From NCBI RefSeq assembly GCF_006345805.1, contig NC_043021.1, positions 2,790,001-2,854,000 on the forward strand: a stretch of DNA of 64,000 nucleotides, read 5' to 3'. Under the pieces are notes generated by a model that saw only the letters and a program-made list of their open reading frames with translations, was not told the origin of the DNA and made no database searches. Source of the DNA: Octopus sinensis. Lineage: Eukaryota. Shown piece by piece: positions 13,813 through 28,160 of the stretch. Both the position numbers and the translations under genes were made by a program. Position 1 is the first letter of the stretch. Each line of letters begins with the position of its first letter.

Positions 13813-14212
13813 GGCGAGCTGGCAGAAACGTTAGCACGCTGGGCGAAATGCTTAGCGGTATTTCGTCTGCGTTACGTTGTGAGTTCAAATTCCACCGAGG
13901 TCAACTTTGCCTTTCATCCTTTCGGGGTCGATAAATTAAGTACCAGTTATGCACTTTGGTCGATGTAATCGACTTGATACCTATGTCTGTCCTTGTTTGT
14001 CCCCTCTATGTTTAGCCCCTTGTGGGTAATAAAGAAATAGGTATTTCATCTGCATTACGTTGTGAGTTCAAATTCCGCTGAGGTCAACTTTGCCTTTCAT
14101 CCTTTCGGGGTCGATAAATTAAGTACCAGTTATGCACTGGGGTCGATGTAATCGACTTGATACCTATGTCTGTCCTTGTTTGTCCCCTCTGTGTTTAGCC
14201 CCTTGTGGGTAA
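13813..14212 (+). mobile_element. SINE family B with tandem internal duplication (representative copy)
   Basis: ggcgagctggcagaaacgttagc head, gcctttcatcctttcggggtcgataaattaagtaccag core (resembles the MetaSINE central domain), flanked by a ~22-bp TSD tttaatagatatgacttaaggg. Other copies near 2552, 8310, 20581, 21157, 23703, 28161, 40581, 49161, 53813. Confidence 0.85.
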
Positions 14213-14409
14213 TTTTTTAATAGATATGACTTAAGGGTCTCTTTTGGCTGTGTATCCAGCAGGGGATGGTCAATGCAACTCTGTATGAAGCTGAGGTGGT
14301 GGGCAACACCGGTGACCACAGCAGCAGCATTGGCAAAAACAGCAGCAACAACAAAGATGAAAGCAATTACAGTGGCAACGGTAGCAGCAGCACGTCAAGC
14401 AGCAGCAAT

Positions 14410-14830
14410 ATATGTTTCTTTATTAGCCACGCAGGGCTGCACACAGACAGGACAAATTATAAGGTAGAACTTTTCTTTTGGGGATAAAAAAGGGGGTTTG
14501 GTTTTCGATCAAAAGGGATCGTAAAAGGAAAGAAAGAGGAAAGTCAAAAAAAAAGGGGGGGGGAGGGGTTAAAAAATAAAAGGAAAAGGAAAAAAAGTCG
14601 ATCAATAGGGATCGTTATCACAGAAATGTCAATATAAAGTGTAAAGGGGAGGACAGGTGAGGTTTACCCGTGGAAAGAAAAGCCTACGGAAAAGACCACG
14701 GTAACCTCGGTCAATGAAGTCACATGTTATATATATTATTTTTTTTTACAAATAAGCAACTCTCTGTATTAATTTTTACGGTTCATAGGATCATGGTCAA
14801 GGTGGCTTCGTCGTTCATACGTGCCATCCT
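14410..14830 (-). mobile_element. LINE 3' end (second copy at ~60940-61100)
   Basis: Two dispersed copies ending, on the minus strand, ttgtcctgtctgtgtgcagccctg(c/t)gtggctaataaagaaacatat with AATAAA; similar to the SINE-B tail. Confidence 0.6.
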
Positions 14831-14972
14831 TGCTACATTCACCCAGCTGCAACAACAGCAGCAATGCCCCCTGCAGTGGCAGCAACTGCGACACCAGCAG
14901 CAATAGCAGCGATGCCAGCAACAACAACATCATCACCATTGGGCCAGCTTTGACAGCAACATAAGCATCATT

Positions 14973-15270
14973 GGAGACGCAATGGCCCAGTGGTTAGGGC
15001 AGCGGACTTGCGGTCGGGGGATTGCGGTTTCGATTCCCAGACCGGGCGTTGTGAGCGTTTATTGATCAAAAACACCTAAAAGCTCCACAAGGCTCCGGCA
15101 GGGGGTGATGGCGATCCCTGCTGTACTCTTTCGCCACAACTTTCTCTCACTCTTTCTTCTGTTGGCCTGCTCGCTTAGCCAGCGAGGTGGCGTCATTTGA
15201 AGGCTAAAACAATGCGAAGCGCATTGTGACCAGCGATGTGTAGCAACATCTGATAGCCTGGTCGGTCACA
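14973..15270 (+). mobile_element. tRNA-headed SINE family C (representative copy)
   Basis: ggagacgcaatggcccagtggttagggcagcggac...ggtttcgattccc head, tail gcctggtcggtcac; copies near 16243-16547(-), 18760-18880(-), 35188-35497(-), 49430-49594(+). Confidence 0.85.
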
Positions 15271-15885
15271 TGATGATGATGATGATAAGCATCATTAATG
15301 CAACAGCCGCTGTAGCACAAGAGCACAGACACAGAAACATGTTGGTTCCACAGGTTCAAGCAACGTCTGAGTAATCACTGGCCTTCTTTTAGGATACCAG
15401 AGAGGCACAACATCACATCCTTGTCCACCTACATATGGTGTTTAAAAGAGGAAAGCATGCCATACATGATTAAACAGAGGCTCCCAGAATAACCAGGGTC
15501 ATATCTTTATGGGAGCACATGATGTAAGCTTTGCTTGAATGAAAGAGCAAGGATCCTAAAAAACTCATTTGATCCAGGCACCTTTTTAAACTCCAGACAC
15601 AAAGGGTTTAGTCAATGCCCTCATAAGAGGAAATTCTTTTTGTAAACAGAATTCTGCTTTTGGTGGACCAGGAAACTGCTATCAATTTTGAAAGTAGTCG
15701 TTGACACAGCGGCAACTAATCTAAGGGGAGTAACTCTGCCTCATCCAAGACTGCATCAGTCGGTTTTGTTCCAGAAAATTTTTGTTTACAAAATTAACTG
15801 ACTATAACGTTTTCCCCATGCATACATACTTGTATACATACATACATATTTACACACACACATATATCTCACATGTGTATGTATG

Positions 15886-15924
<39 letters not shown>

Positions 15925-15953
15925 AGGTTTAGAGATGATGTACAGGTATTTTA

Positions 15954-16161
15954 TATTAGAAGAAATGAGGTACTCAGAAATTCGGATGGTTTTATATTTA
16001 CAGATATTTATTTGTATATTACATTTTTTATATATCATATAACTTAGATCATGTAACTTATACATGATCTAAGTTATATGATATATAGAAAACATGTAAT
16101 ATACAAATAAATATCTGTAAATATAACCATCCGATTTTCTGAGTACCTCATTCTTCTAATA
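15954..16161. repeat. Fold-back inverted repeat (~100-bp arms) between (TA)n tracts
   Basis: tattagaagaaatgaggtactcagaaattcggatgg...agatcatgta mirrored by tacatgatctaag...ctgagtacctcattcttctaata. Confidence 0.9.
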
Positions 16162-16193
16162 TATATATATACTCACATATATATGTGTATGTA

Positions 16194-16244
<51 letters not shown>

Positions 16245-17922
16245 CCGTGATTACCGTGACCGACCAGGCTATCAGATGTTTCTACACATCGCTGGTCACA
16301 ATGCGCTTCGCATTGTTTTAGCCTTCAAATGACGCTACCCCACTGGCTAAGCGAGCAGGCCAACAGAAGAGTGAGAGAAAGTTGTGGCGAAAGAGTACGG
16401 CAGGGATCGCCACCATCCCCTGCCGGAGCCTCGTAGAGCTTTAGGTGTTTTCGCTCAATAAACACTCACAAGGCCTGGTCTGGGAATCGAAACCGCGATC
16501 CTCCGACCACGAGTCTGCTGCCTAACCACTGGGCCATTGCGCCTCCACATATATATATATCAGTTATCATCCTCATCATTTAATGTCCATTTTCCATGCT
16601 GGCATGGGACAGCTTGACAGGAACTGGTAAGGCCAGGCAGGGTCTGCGCCAAGTTCCATAGTCTGTTTTGGCTTGGTTTCTACAACTGGATGCCCTTCCT
16701 AGCACCAACCCCTCCACAGATTCTGCTGGATGCCTTTCTTATGTAGCACCATCTCCTGTTTTAATTCTGTGCAGGCTCTATTCCTTAGTATGATACCTAA
16801 ATAAACTAAATCATTAAAAACTGCACAAGCTATGTCTACTAATTACCAGATTAAGTATTTAAATGCATCAAAAAACTCTTTTTACTCTTTTACTCTTTTA
16901 TTTGTTTCAGTCATTTGACTGTGGCCATGCTGGAGCACCGCCTTTTAGTCGAGCAAATCGATCCCAGGACTTATTTTTTGTAAGCCTAGTACTTATTCTA
17001 TCGGTCTCTTTTCCTGAACCGCTAAGTTACGGGGACGTAAACACACCAGCATCAGTTGTCAAGCAATGCTAGGGGAACAAACACAGACACACAAACACAC
17101 ACACATACATATATATATATACATATATACGACGGGCTTCTTTCAGTTTCCGTCTACCAAATCCACTCACATGGCTTTGGTTGGCCCGAGGCTATAGTAG
17201 AAGACACTTGCCCAAGATGCCATGCAGTGGGACTGAACCCGGAACCATGTGGTTGGTTAGCAAGCTACTTACCACATTTCTATAAATAAATCTTTATTAA
17301 AATAATGCTGTCTATTTACAATATTGAGCAGTGTGGTGACTTCTGATATAGAAAGATAGAAAGGTTGCAATTGAAAAACTGTTGGTTATTGGTCGGATAG
17401 CCAAGTTTCTGCTATACCCGTGCATTAAGATCATGTGATAGCCGCATGGGAAGGCACATGGCTCAATGGCTTGCAATCTTGAGGTAGTGAGTTTGATTCT
17501 TGGACTGGGCTTTGTGTTGAGTCCTTGAGCAAGACACTTTATTACCTCCGCCAAGGAAGGACTTTATGTTTTCATCGGTGTTGGTTTGTCCATCTGTGGG
17601 CAAAATAACTCAAAAAGTTGTGAATGGTATTTGATAAAACTTGCAGGAAAAGTTGGTAATGACACAAGGAACAGATGATGAAATTTTGGTAGTGAGACAT
17701 GAATTATAATACAAGTGGATACATTTAGAAAACACTTCTTTACAGGGGCAGGAGTGGCTGTGTGGTAAGTAGCTTGCTAACCAACCACATGGTTCCGGGT
17801 TCAGTCCCACTACGTGGCATCTTGGGCAAGTGTCTTCTGCTATAGCCCCGAGCCGACCAATGCCTTGTGAGTGGATTTGGTAGACGGAAACTGAAAGAAG
17901 CCTGTTGTATATATGTATGTAT

Positions 17923-17955
<33 letters not shown>

Positions 17956-20039
17956 GCTTAACGTCCGTTTTCCATGCTAGCACGGGTTGGACGGTTCGAC
18001 CGGGGTCTGGGAAGCCAGGGGCTGCACCAGGCTCCAGTCTGATCTGGCAGTGTTTCTACAGCTGGATGCCCTTCCTAACGCCAACCACTCCAAGAGTGTA
18101 GTATATATATATATATATATTTGTGTGTGTATGTGTTTGAGTGTCTGTGTTTGTCCCCCTAGCATTGCTTGACAACCGATGCTGGTGTGTTTACGTCCCC
18201 GTCGCTTAGCGGTTCGGCAAAAGAGACCGATAGAATAAGTACTGGGCTTACAAAGAATAAGTCCCGGGGTCGATTTGCTCGACTAAAGGCGGTGCTCCAG
18301 CATGGCTGCAGTCAAATGACTGAAACAAGTAAAAGAGAAAAGAGAAAGAGAAGAGTTGTTTAAAGCCCCAGGCTTCTTATAGTCCTTAAGAATTTTGGTT
18401 CTCTCCATGATGCAGATCTTGCAATGGCCCCTTCCATTAATATATGGGCCCAGATAATCAAGGCGGAAATCTTGGTTTGTTTACATCCTTGAAACTTAAC
18501 AGTTTGGCAAAGAGAAACCAATAAAATAAGTTCTAAGCTAAAAAGAAAAAAAAAAAAGTCCTGGAGTCAATTCATTCAACTAAAACCCTTCAAGGTGTTG
18601 CTCCAGCATAGCCGCAGTCAAATGACAGAACCAAGTAAAAGATGAAAAGATAAAAAATACCTGCATTTACAATTCTGTCCATTACTATTCATAATTAACG
18701 ACCAAATAAAGTGGAATTAATACAAAAATTAAATGAATGAATACTAATCAACATATATCACATGATCACATGACCGACCAGACCATCAGATGTTGTTACA
18801 CATCGCTGGTCACAATGCGCTTCCCATTGTTTTAGCCTTCGAATGACGCCAACCCGCTGGCTAAGCGAGCAGGCCAATCAACATATATATTTAAGCTATT
18901 TCTATTCAAATATTTTTTATTTGGAAATTCTTTCATCAAAAGAATTCATAAATATTTCAATAAAATCTGAGTCTTTATGTTTCCTTCAGAACCTAATTTT
19001 GTATTTCCACATATTTTCCACCCTTTCTGTGAATACTTTCATTGTTGAATGCATACATCATGATTTAGCATCCGTTGTCCATACCAGCATTGGTTGGACG
19101 GTTTGAGCAGCGCTGTCAAGCTGGAAGACCCCACCAGACTCCAGTCTGGTTTTCGACAGCTGGAAGCTCTTCCTAACGCCAACCACTCTGTGAGTGTAAT
19201 GAGTGCTTTTACATGCCACCGGCACGGATGCCATTTGCATGACACCGGTATCTGCCATGACTGGGATTTTGCTCAGCTTGATGGGTCTTCTTCTTCTCAA
19301 GCACGACATAAATGCCAAAGGTCTCGGTCATTGCTTCTGTGAGGCCCAACACTCAAAAGGAAGCTTTCCAAACACCTGATATGAATGCTCTTTGTCATGT
19401 GACAACTTGCTGGGGCTGCCTGCTGGAGCCTATGCGGCAGGTATTTAAAGGGAAAAAAATTTGACAAGACAGTCAGTCACCGGCTGACATTCACCGTTGA
19501 CGATACATCGAAGAGGCCAGGGAACAGAAGAAAGAAGAAGAAAGAAGACACGCACCCAACACCAGAGCTGAAGACACCTCCGAAAGGAGGGGGCCCCGCT
19601 ACGTCAAAACGGTAGAGGAGTAGGGGCTGAAACCGGACGTGGTTCCTCCTGATGATGTCTTGAGCTAACTGGATCCTATAAAGGAGCTGTTGTGGTAGCA
19701 GACCACGAAACACGGTTGTGATTCCTGATCAAAATTAAAATCTTCCATCAATATTTCATGCTTCTGTTCTCTCTATTCTTGTCTCATCTGGCATAATGTC
19801 ACATTTCTCAATTCTATTCCTTCCTTCAGTCTTGTAAATTATTTGGTAACCTCACTGATGCTGGTGCCATTGAAAAAGCATCTAGTCCGTGCTGTAAAGT
19901 GGTTGGCATTAAGGAGGCCATCCAGCCATAGAAATACACACACACACACCACACACACACACACACACATACATAGACAGATAGATCGATATATAGGCAG
20001 ATATAGGCATAATGGATTTCCACCTGCTTTCTTTCTTAA

Positions 20040-20258
20040 CCCTTTAGCATTTAAACCGGCCATGTCTGGCCAAAAGTATTCTGCCTGTTTTATGTTCCAA
20101 CAGGCCAGATCTGGTCTCTCACACCAGCCCTACAATATCGTTTTAAAAATTAACAGCTACTCATCAAAATCTCATAGCTACAAGATAATGCATGATTAGT
20201 TCAAAACAACGAGGACAAAAAGCATTAATTTTGGCAGAATAATGTGAACACTAAAGGG
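20040..20258. mobile_element. piggyBac-like MITE
   Basis: TTAA|CCCTTTAG...CTAAAGGG|TTAA; a related element lies at 57716-57935. Confidence 0.75.
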
Positions 20259-22009
20259 TTAAGGCATTAGCTGGGCCTGGGGCTAAAGCAGAAAACTTGC
20301 TCAAGATACTACTTCACAGTCAGACTGAACCCAAAACAATGTGGTTGGGAAGCAAACCTTTTAACCACACAGCCACACCTACCCCCATATCACATAATAT
20401 TTCTGTATGACATTTAAGACTGCTTCTAATTAGACACAGTGATGCTGTGCAAGACACATTGCCAGGATGGAGAATTGTCAACTTTCCAAGGTCACACAGA
20501 AACAAGAACATCCTCTGATCACCATGATAAGGAAACACCAAAGAAGAGGTACAATGCTTCCCTAAAGAAATCTCTTAGCACCTATTTCTTTATTACCCAC
20601 AAGGGGCTAAACACAGAGGAGACAAACAAGGACAGACAGACAGATTAAGTCGATTATATCAACCCCAGTGCATAACTGGTACTTAATTTATTGGCCCCGA
20701 AAGGATGAAAGGCAAACTCGACCTTGGAGGAATTTGAACTCAGAATGTAATGGCAGACGAAATACCGCTAAGCATTTCACCCGGCGTGCTAACGATTCTG
20801 CCAGCTCGCCGCCTTATAATACCACAATACCTGGCTCATAATACCACAATACTTTAACCACCAGGTCACACACCTTTGTACCTGATTGTATAAAGGTTGC
20901 TAGAAACTTATAAGCAGTCTTCTGCTTCACTTGGCTTCATGAACAAACATTTTCTGAGGGGGATGCCCACATCTGTTCCTGTCCAGTTCAAGACAAACAG
21001 GTACAACCACAGAGGCTAACCAGGGCAGGGTGTAATGTCCTTGTTTTCCATCTGTTCTTTCTTGTCTGCAAGGATGGTCCTGCAGGTGTCTTCAAAAAAC
21101 GCTGTTGCCTGATGGACAATGAGGTGCCAGGCTTCATGGTCAGTGGGAAAAACAGTGGTGGCAAGCTGGTAGAAACGTTAGCATGCCGGGCGAAATGCTT
21201 AGCGGTATTTCGTCTGCCATTACATTCTGAGTTCAAATTCCTCCGAGGTCGAGTTTGCCTTTCATCCTTTCGGGGTCAATAAATTAAGTACCAGTTATGC
21301 ACTGGGGTCGATATATTTATGAGCCAGGCTGTGGTTTAGGGAAGGACTGGAAGTGAGGAAGTACACATGTCCTGTCGGAAGTGTGGCCTGTGGGTCCCAC
21401 TGGAAGGGCCACGGTGGGCATGTGGGGTTGGTGAGGCATGGGTGGTCAGTTGACAGTGGACAGCGTACGAGAGTAGACCTGTTAGACGGTACGGTGGAAG
21501 ACAGAGCATGTGGACGCCACGAGTGACTCTTCCTTCTTTTCCTCCTTCACATCACGAGTATTCAACTCACGGTCGTAAACTCATGAGTTCAATTCCTAGG
21601 AGTGTGTTGCACCCTTCAGCAAGACCCTTTATTTCACTTTGTTCCAGTTTGCTCAGAAGGCAAAAATAAGCACCACATGCATTCTACAGAAACAGTCTTG
21701 TCACATTCTGTACCGTATTGAATCTCTCAGAACCATGTCAAGGGTACACGTGTCTGAGGAGCGGTCAGCCACTTGCAGGTTAAATTCACGTGTAGGTTGT
21801 TCTGTTGATAGGAGCAACGGGAACCCTTGTCATGGTAACCGATGGTGTGGCGCCAGTTTACAATCTGGGGAAGAGCGTTAGATAGAGACATACTGTGAAG
21901 GAGGGAATTTAACCTTGATGTCATGCTATTAGCCTGTCTTCCTCTCTTTGTCAAAGCACATGACATGTCAGACGGAGAAATAGACAAAGACAGTCTGTAT
22001 ATAATACAG

Positions 22010-23040
22010 GTATGTGTGTGTGAAGTGTTGTGTGTGTGTATGTGTCTGTCTGCGTGTGAATGTGTGTGTGTGTGTGAATGTGTGCGTATATGTGTGGGAG
22101 TGTGTGCACATGGGTGTGTGAATGTGTGTGAATGTGTGTGTATGTGTGTGTGTGAATGTGTGTGTGAATGTCCATGAGTGCTTGTCTGTACATGTGAGTG
22201 TGGGTGGCTATGTATGTGTGTGATTATGTGTGAATGTGCATGTGTGTACGTGTGAGAGAGAGAGAGAGAGATAGTGTGTGCGTGTGTGTGTGTGTGTGTG
22301 CATGTGTGTGTGTGAATGTGTGTGTGTGGGTATATGTGTGAGAGTGTGTGCACATGGGTGTGTGAATGTGTGTGAATGCCTGTCTGTACATGTGAGTGTG
22401 GGTGGGTATGTATGTGTGTGATTATGTGTGAATGTGCATGTGTGTACGTGTGAGAGAGAGAGAGATAGTGTGTGTGTGTGTGTGTATGTGTGTGAATGTG
22501 TGTGTGAATGTGTGCATGTGAGTGTGTGTGGGTATATGTGTGAGAGTGTGTGTGAATGAGCATGAGTGCCTGTCTGTACATGTGAGTGTGGGTGGGTATG
22601 TAAGTGTGTGATTATGTGTGAATGTGCATCTGTGTACGAGAGAGAGAGAGAGAGAGATAGTGTGTGTGAGTGTGTGTGTGTGTGTGTGTGAATGTGAGTG
22701 TGTGTGGGTATATGTGTGAGAGTGTGTGCACATGGGTGAATGTGTGTGAATGCCTGTCTGTGCATGTGAGTGTGGGTGGCTATATATGTATGTGATTATG
22801 TGTGAATGTGCATGTGTGTACATGTGAGAGAGAGAGATAGTGTGTGTGCGTGCGTGTGTGTGAATGTGTGCATGTGAGTGTGTGTGGGTATATGTGTGCA
22901 CATGGGTGTGTGAATGTGTGTGAATGTACATGAGTGCCTGTCTGTACATGTGAGTGTGGGTGGGTATGTATGTGTGTGATTATGTGTGTGAGAGAGAGAG
23001 ATAGTGTGTGTGTGTATGTGTGTGTATGTGTGTGTGAGTG
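22010..23040. repeat. (TG)n-based higher-order tandem repeat, ~190-bp period, ~5 units
   Basis: Anchor (c)ctgtctgtacatgtgagtgtgggtgg recurs near 22181, 22379, 22569, 22753, 22938. Confidence 0.8.
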
Positions 23041-23149
23041 TGATAAGCATCTCACAAATGATAAGTAGTTTTGGACAAAGGTTATACGAGTTTAAACAGC
23101 CTTGTATGTTTAAGAAATAAAAGAAATCGGAGAATGTAGAAAGTGAGAG

Positions 23150-23312
23150 AGAGAAAGGGTGGAACAAACTGCCGGCATCAGTTGCTAGTTGTCGGAGCAC
23201 TGCATCCTTCAAAACTTCCATGCTTCCTGAGATTCGCCAACACTACACCTGATTTTCTCCCCTCCATACACACACAGGCATGTATCTAACTCATACATTG
23301 TTCGCTTTCCAG
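23150..23312 (+). mobile_element. CR1/L2-type LINE 3' remnant
   Basis: Encodes WNKLPASVASCRSTASFKTSML...*, matching the C-terminal WNxLP...FK motif of CR1/L2 ORF2. Confidence 0.6.
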
Positions 23313-23650
23313 TATACCCATCATGACTACCCGTCTGATTTGGGTACACCAGGCACATGCATCACAACCATATGTGCGCGACATGGTGATCTCATATCAA
23401 GATAAACAGCACATGACCTTGCAGGTGGGGCCCAGTTAGAATTTTCTTCAGGTTGAGTAGCCCATCCTGCTCAAAAGGTCCCTGAATAAGGGTTGTTTAA
23501 GGATGTTGAAAGAACCGCCCATGTTTCCAGAGGTGAATTATTCAAACCCCAAAGAATACCTCTCAACACATGGCTATGATGCTCCCCACTACTTCTGCTC
23601 GTGATCAGAGATGCACATATCGTCAGCCACTAAGGGACATGCTCAACTGG

Positions 23651-23703
<53 letters not shown>

Positions 23704-24485
23704 GGTGGTGTGCTGGTAGAATCATTAGCATGCTGGGCAAAATGCTTACCAGTTATTTCATCTGTTTTCATGTTTTGTGTTCAAATTCTGCTGAGGTCAA
23801 CTTTGCCTTTGATCCTTTCAGGGGCGATGAAATAAGTACCAGTTACACACTGGGGTCGATGTAATCGGATTACTCCCACCCCAAAATGACTGAACAAAAT
23901 AAAAGAACCACTGATTCCTTAGTGAAACTTAAAGCTAAGGGAGGTAACTCTTGTAACTCTCATGGTCACTTTACCTGCTAGAAATAGCAGCCCAAACGCT
24001 TTTAAATCAGATCCCAATGCTGGATGTTCAAGAACCAAATGAAGGGCAGATTTTCAACCCTGGGATCATCTTAATTCTAAGAAAAAAAAAGGGTATGTCT
24101 ATGCAGAGCAAATGTAGACTGAGACACAGGTATCCCACACAGACAAAATTTCACTTTTATATATAGAAAGTCTAGAAAAGGCCCAAATTTTCTGTAAAAA
24201 TATCTTTTCTGATGATTCTCCGAAATGATATGAAAGCATTAAATAAAATAAATATTCCAAATTGTGATTGCCTTCTTTTTCTTAAAAAAAATTACATATA
24301 CACACACAACAGGCTTCTTCTTGCTTCCAACAAGCAAGTTCCCGTATAAGGTTTCTGCTATAGCCTGAGGCCATCAATAGTAGAAGACACTTGCCCAAGG
24401 TGCCACACAGTGGGATTGAACCCAAAACCATGTGGATGCGAAGCAAGCTTCTTACCACACTGCCATGCCTGTGTATTAGTTCTTT

Positions 24486-24568
<83 letters not shown>

Positions 24569-25120
24569 GTATATATGTATATATATATATATATATCGGA
24601 CCCCACCTGGCACCTGTGCAGGTGGCACGTAAAAAGCACCCACTACACTTGCGGAGTGGTTGGCGTTAGGAAGAGCATCCAGCCGTAGAAACTCTGCCAG
24701 ATCAGACTGGAGCCTGGAGCAGCCCCTGGCTTCCCAGACCCCGGTCGAACCGTTCAACCCGTGCTAGCGCGGAAAACGGACATTAAACGATGATGATGAT
24801 GATGATGATGATATATATATATATATATATATATATATCATCATCATCATTTAATATCCATTGTCCATGCTGGCATAGGCTGGACAGTTTGACTGGGTTG
24901 GCACACTGAAAGGCTGCACCAGACTCCAGTCTGATTTGGCATGGTTTTCTATGGCTGGATGCCCTTCCTAACACTAACCATTCTGTGAGTGTAATTGGTG
25001 CTTTTACATGCCACCAGCATGGGTACCAATTTGCGAAACACTGGTATCTGCCACAATTGTGATTTTGCTCAGCTTTTTTTCAAGCATAGCATAATGCCAA
25101 AGGTCTTTGGTTATTGCCTC

Positions 25121-25345
25121 CGTGAGGCCCAACACTCGAAAGGAACTCGGCCACCTTGCTTCTGTGAGGCCCAACGCTCGAACAGAACTCAGACACTTTG
25201 CCGCTGTCAGGCCAAACGCTTGAGAGGAACTCAATCACTTTGTGTCCGTGAGGCCCAGTGCTCAAAAGGAACTCAGACACTTTGCCTCCATCAGGCCCAA
25301 TGCCCAAAAGGAACTCAGACACTTTGCCTCCGTGAGGCTCAACAT
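25121..25345. repeat. 42-bp tandem repeat (~5.5 units)
   Basis: gtgaggcccaacactcgaaaggaactcagacactttgcctcc-like units; a single unit also occurs at ~19339. Confidence 0.85.
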
Positions 25346-25972
25346 TCAACATTTGGGTAGTGATTCAGTTATAAGAGCAAGGTCATCAGCATAGAGGAGC
25401 TCCCAGGGGCAGTCGTGGTTGGCATTAGGAAGGGCATCCACCCGTAGAAATCATGCCAAATAAGACTGGAACTTGGTACGGCTTTCTAGCTTCCTAGTTC
25501 CAATCAAACCATCTGACCCATGCCAGCATGGAAAGCAGATACTAAATGATGATGACTATGATGATGATATCTACTATTAGCAAATGAAATGAAACATGTG
25601 CTTTGGTGAGTAAATAATACCAAAAAATTTCCAATTTCCTGTTTTTTATTTAAGAACTAATCTATATTTTATATCTGTACCTAAATCTACATCTATCTAT
25701 TTATCTCTTGAGGTGCAGGTGTGGCTGTGATCATAGGTGCAGGTGCGGCTGTGATCATAGGCACAGGTGTGGCTGTGTGGTAAGAAGTTTGCTTCTGAAA
25801 CTCACGGTTCCAGGTTCAGTCCCACCATTAATATAAGTACTAGGCTTACAAAGAATAACTCCTGGGGTCGACTCGTTCAACTAAAGGTGATGCACCAGCA
25901 TGGCCACAGTCAAAATGGCTGAAACAAGTAAAAGAATAAAAGAATATGAATGTGTGTGTGTGTGTGTGTATA

Positions 25973-27332
25973 CAGGTGTTAGACAAAATAATGGAAACAC
26001 CTTAAAATTTCAAACAAATTTATTTTGATATGGGGTAGGACTGCCTTTGTCAGTAATTACAGCTTGAATTCTACACGGTATGAACTCATACAAGGTTTGA
26101 ATTATTTCCAAAGGAATTTTTGTACATTCTTCAGCTAAAACAGTCTCCAGTTCTTGTAGTGATGATGGTGGAGGATATTGGCTCCTTGTTTTTCTAAAAT
26201 GCACCATAAATGTTCAATGATATTGGGATCTAGGGACTGTGGTGGCCAGATAAGATGTTCAACTTCACTAGAATGTTCCTTGTGCTATTCAGTAACAACA
26301 TTAGCTGTGTGAATTTGCGCATTATCATCCTGAAAGATTGCGTTTCACTCTGTAAACAGTTCCGCAACCATATGATGAATTTGATGAGATAAAATGCTTA
26401 AATAGTCTTGACTATTAATTCTGCCATGAAGGGAAACCATTCAGCCAGTGGATTTCCAAGATATAGGCCCCAACAGATCATCACAGATCCTCCTCCATGT
26501 TTAATAGTTGGAAGAAGGCAGTCTGCGGCAAATGCTTCTTTTGGCTGTCTCCACATTTATAAACAGCTAGTAGTCGGAAATAAAGTAAAGGATAACTCGT
26601 CTGAGAAAATAACATTCTTCCACTGCTCTAGGGACCACTTCAGTAGGTTTTTATTCCACTCTAAATGCTTTGCAACATTTGTTTTTGAAAGTAGTGGTTT
26701 TTTTATTGCAGCCCTCTCATGAAATCTGGCTTTGTGCAGTTCCCGGCAAATAGTTTTGTGGAAACTAGGTTCTCACGGTAGTCATTAAGCTCTGCAGTAA
26801 TTTTGGGAGCTGTATTTTTGTGCTCCTTTCTAACAATTCACGTAAGAGTCCAATGGTCCGTATCTGAAAGTTTTGGTTTTCTTCTAGAGTTTTGTTTCGA
26901 CAAGGAAGTTTTTCCAACTTTCTCAAAGCCTGTCATTACTTTCAAGACAGTACTTCTTGATACACCAAACATTTCAACTGTTTTTGTTATGCTAGCGCCT
27001 GCCATATGAGCACCAACAGTTTGACCTCTTTGAAGGTCCAATAGATCTGTCATTTTAATGAATTTTAATTACGTTTTTCTGATGATATCTTAAAAGAAAC
27101 AGCAATTTTAGCAAAACATATTAAGCAACACTAATGATAAAATAAAAAAAAAAAGCAGGAGTGGCTAGGCACAGGAGTGGCTGTGTGGTAAGTAGATTGT
27201 TTACTAACCACATGGTTCCAGGCTCAGTCCCACTGCATGGCATCTTGGGCAAGTGTCTTCTACTATAGCCTCGGGCCGACCAAAGCCTTGTGAGTGGATT
27301 TGGTAGACGGAAACTGATAGAAGCCCGTCGTA

Positions 27333-27374
<42 letters not shown>

Positions 27375-27690
27375 TGTGTGTGTTTGTGTGTCTGTGTTTG
27401 TTCCCCCTAGCATTGCTCGACAACCGATGCTGGTGTGTTTACACCCCCCATTACTTAGTGGTTCGGCAAAAGAGACCGATAGAATAAGTACTGGGCTTAC
27501 AAAAGAATAAGTCCCGGGGTCGAGTTGCTCGATTAAAGGCAGTGCTCCAGCATGGCCGCATTCAAATGACTGAAACAAGTAAAAGAGAGTAAAAGAGTAT
27601 AAAAATAAACAAGCTTTTGACGGTTTTATAGATATTTCAAAATTATTATGCTATGGTGCTAGGTGTTTCCCTTATTTTGTCCAACCCCTG
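25973..27690 (-). mobile_element. Degenerate Tc1-like transposon (DD36E spacing) with a nested SINE
   Basis: TA|CAGGTGTTAGACAAAATAATGGAAACACCT...AGGTGTTTCCCTTATTTTGTCCAACCCCTG|TA TIRs; transposase MTDLLDLQRGQTVGAH...FQDDNAQIH...WPPQSLDPNIIEHLW with stops; SINE-A at 27167-27598. Confidence 0.9.
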
Positions 27691-27948
27691 TAATAATGTG
27701 GGTGTGTCTTTATGTCTGTGTTTGTTCTCCCCCACCATTGCTTGACAACCGATGTTGATGTGTTTACGTCCCTGTAACTTAGCGGTTCGGCAATAGAGAA
27801 CGATAGAATAAGTACCAGGCTTATAAGAAATAAGTTCTGGGGTCGATTTCTGTGACTGAAAATCTCTTTAAGGTGGTGCTCCAGCATGGCCGCAGTCAAA
27901 TGACTGAAACAAGTAAAAGAGTAAAAGAATGTGTGTGTGTGTATACAT

Positions 27949-27981
<33 letters not shown>

Positions 27982-28057
27982 CATATATATGTGTGTGTGT
28001 GTGTGTTTTATTAAACAAAAGCAAACAAGAAAGAAAGAAATACACACACACGAATAC

Positions 28058-28156
<99 letters not shown>

Positions 28157-28160
28157 TGTA

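Noticed and set aside
14266-14960. PolyQ/Ser-like ORFs
   Set aside because: Degenerate (CAG)n low-complexity tract split by a LINE 3' end.
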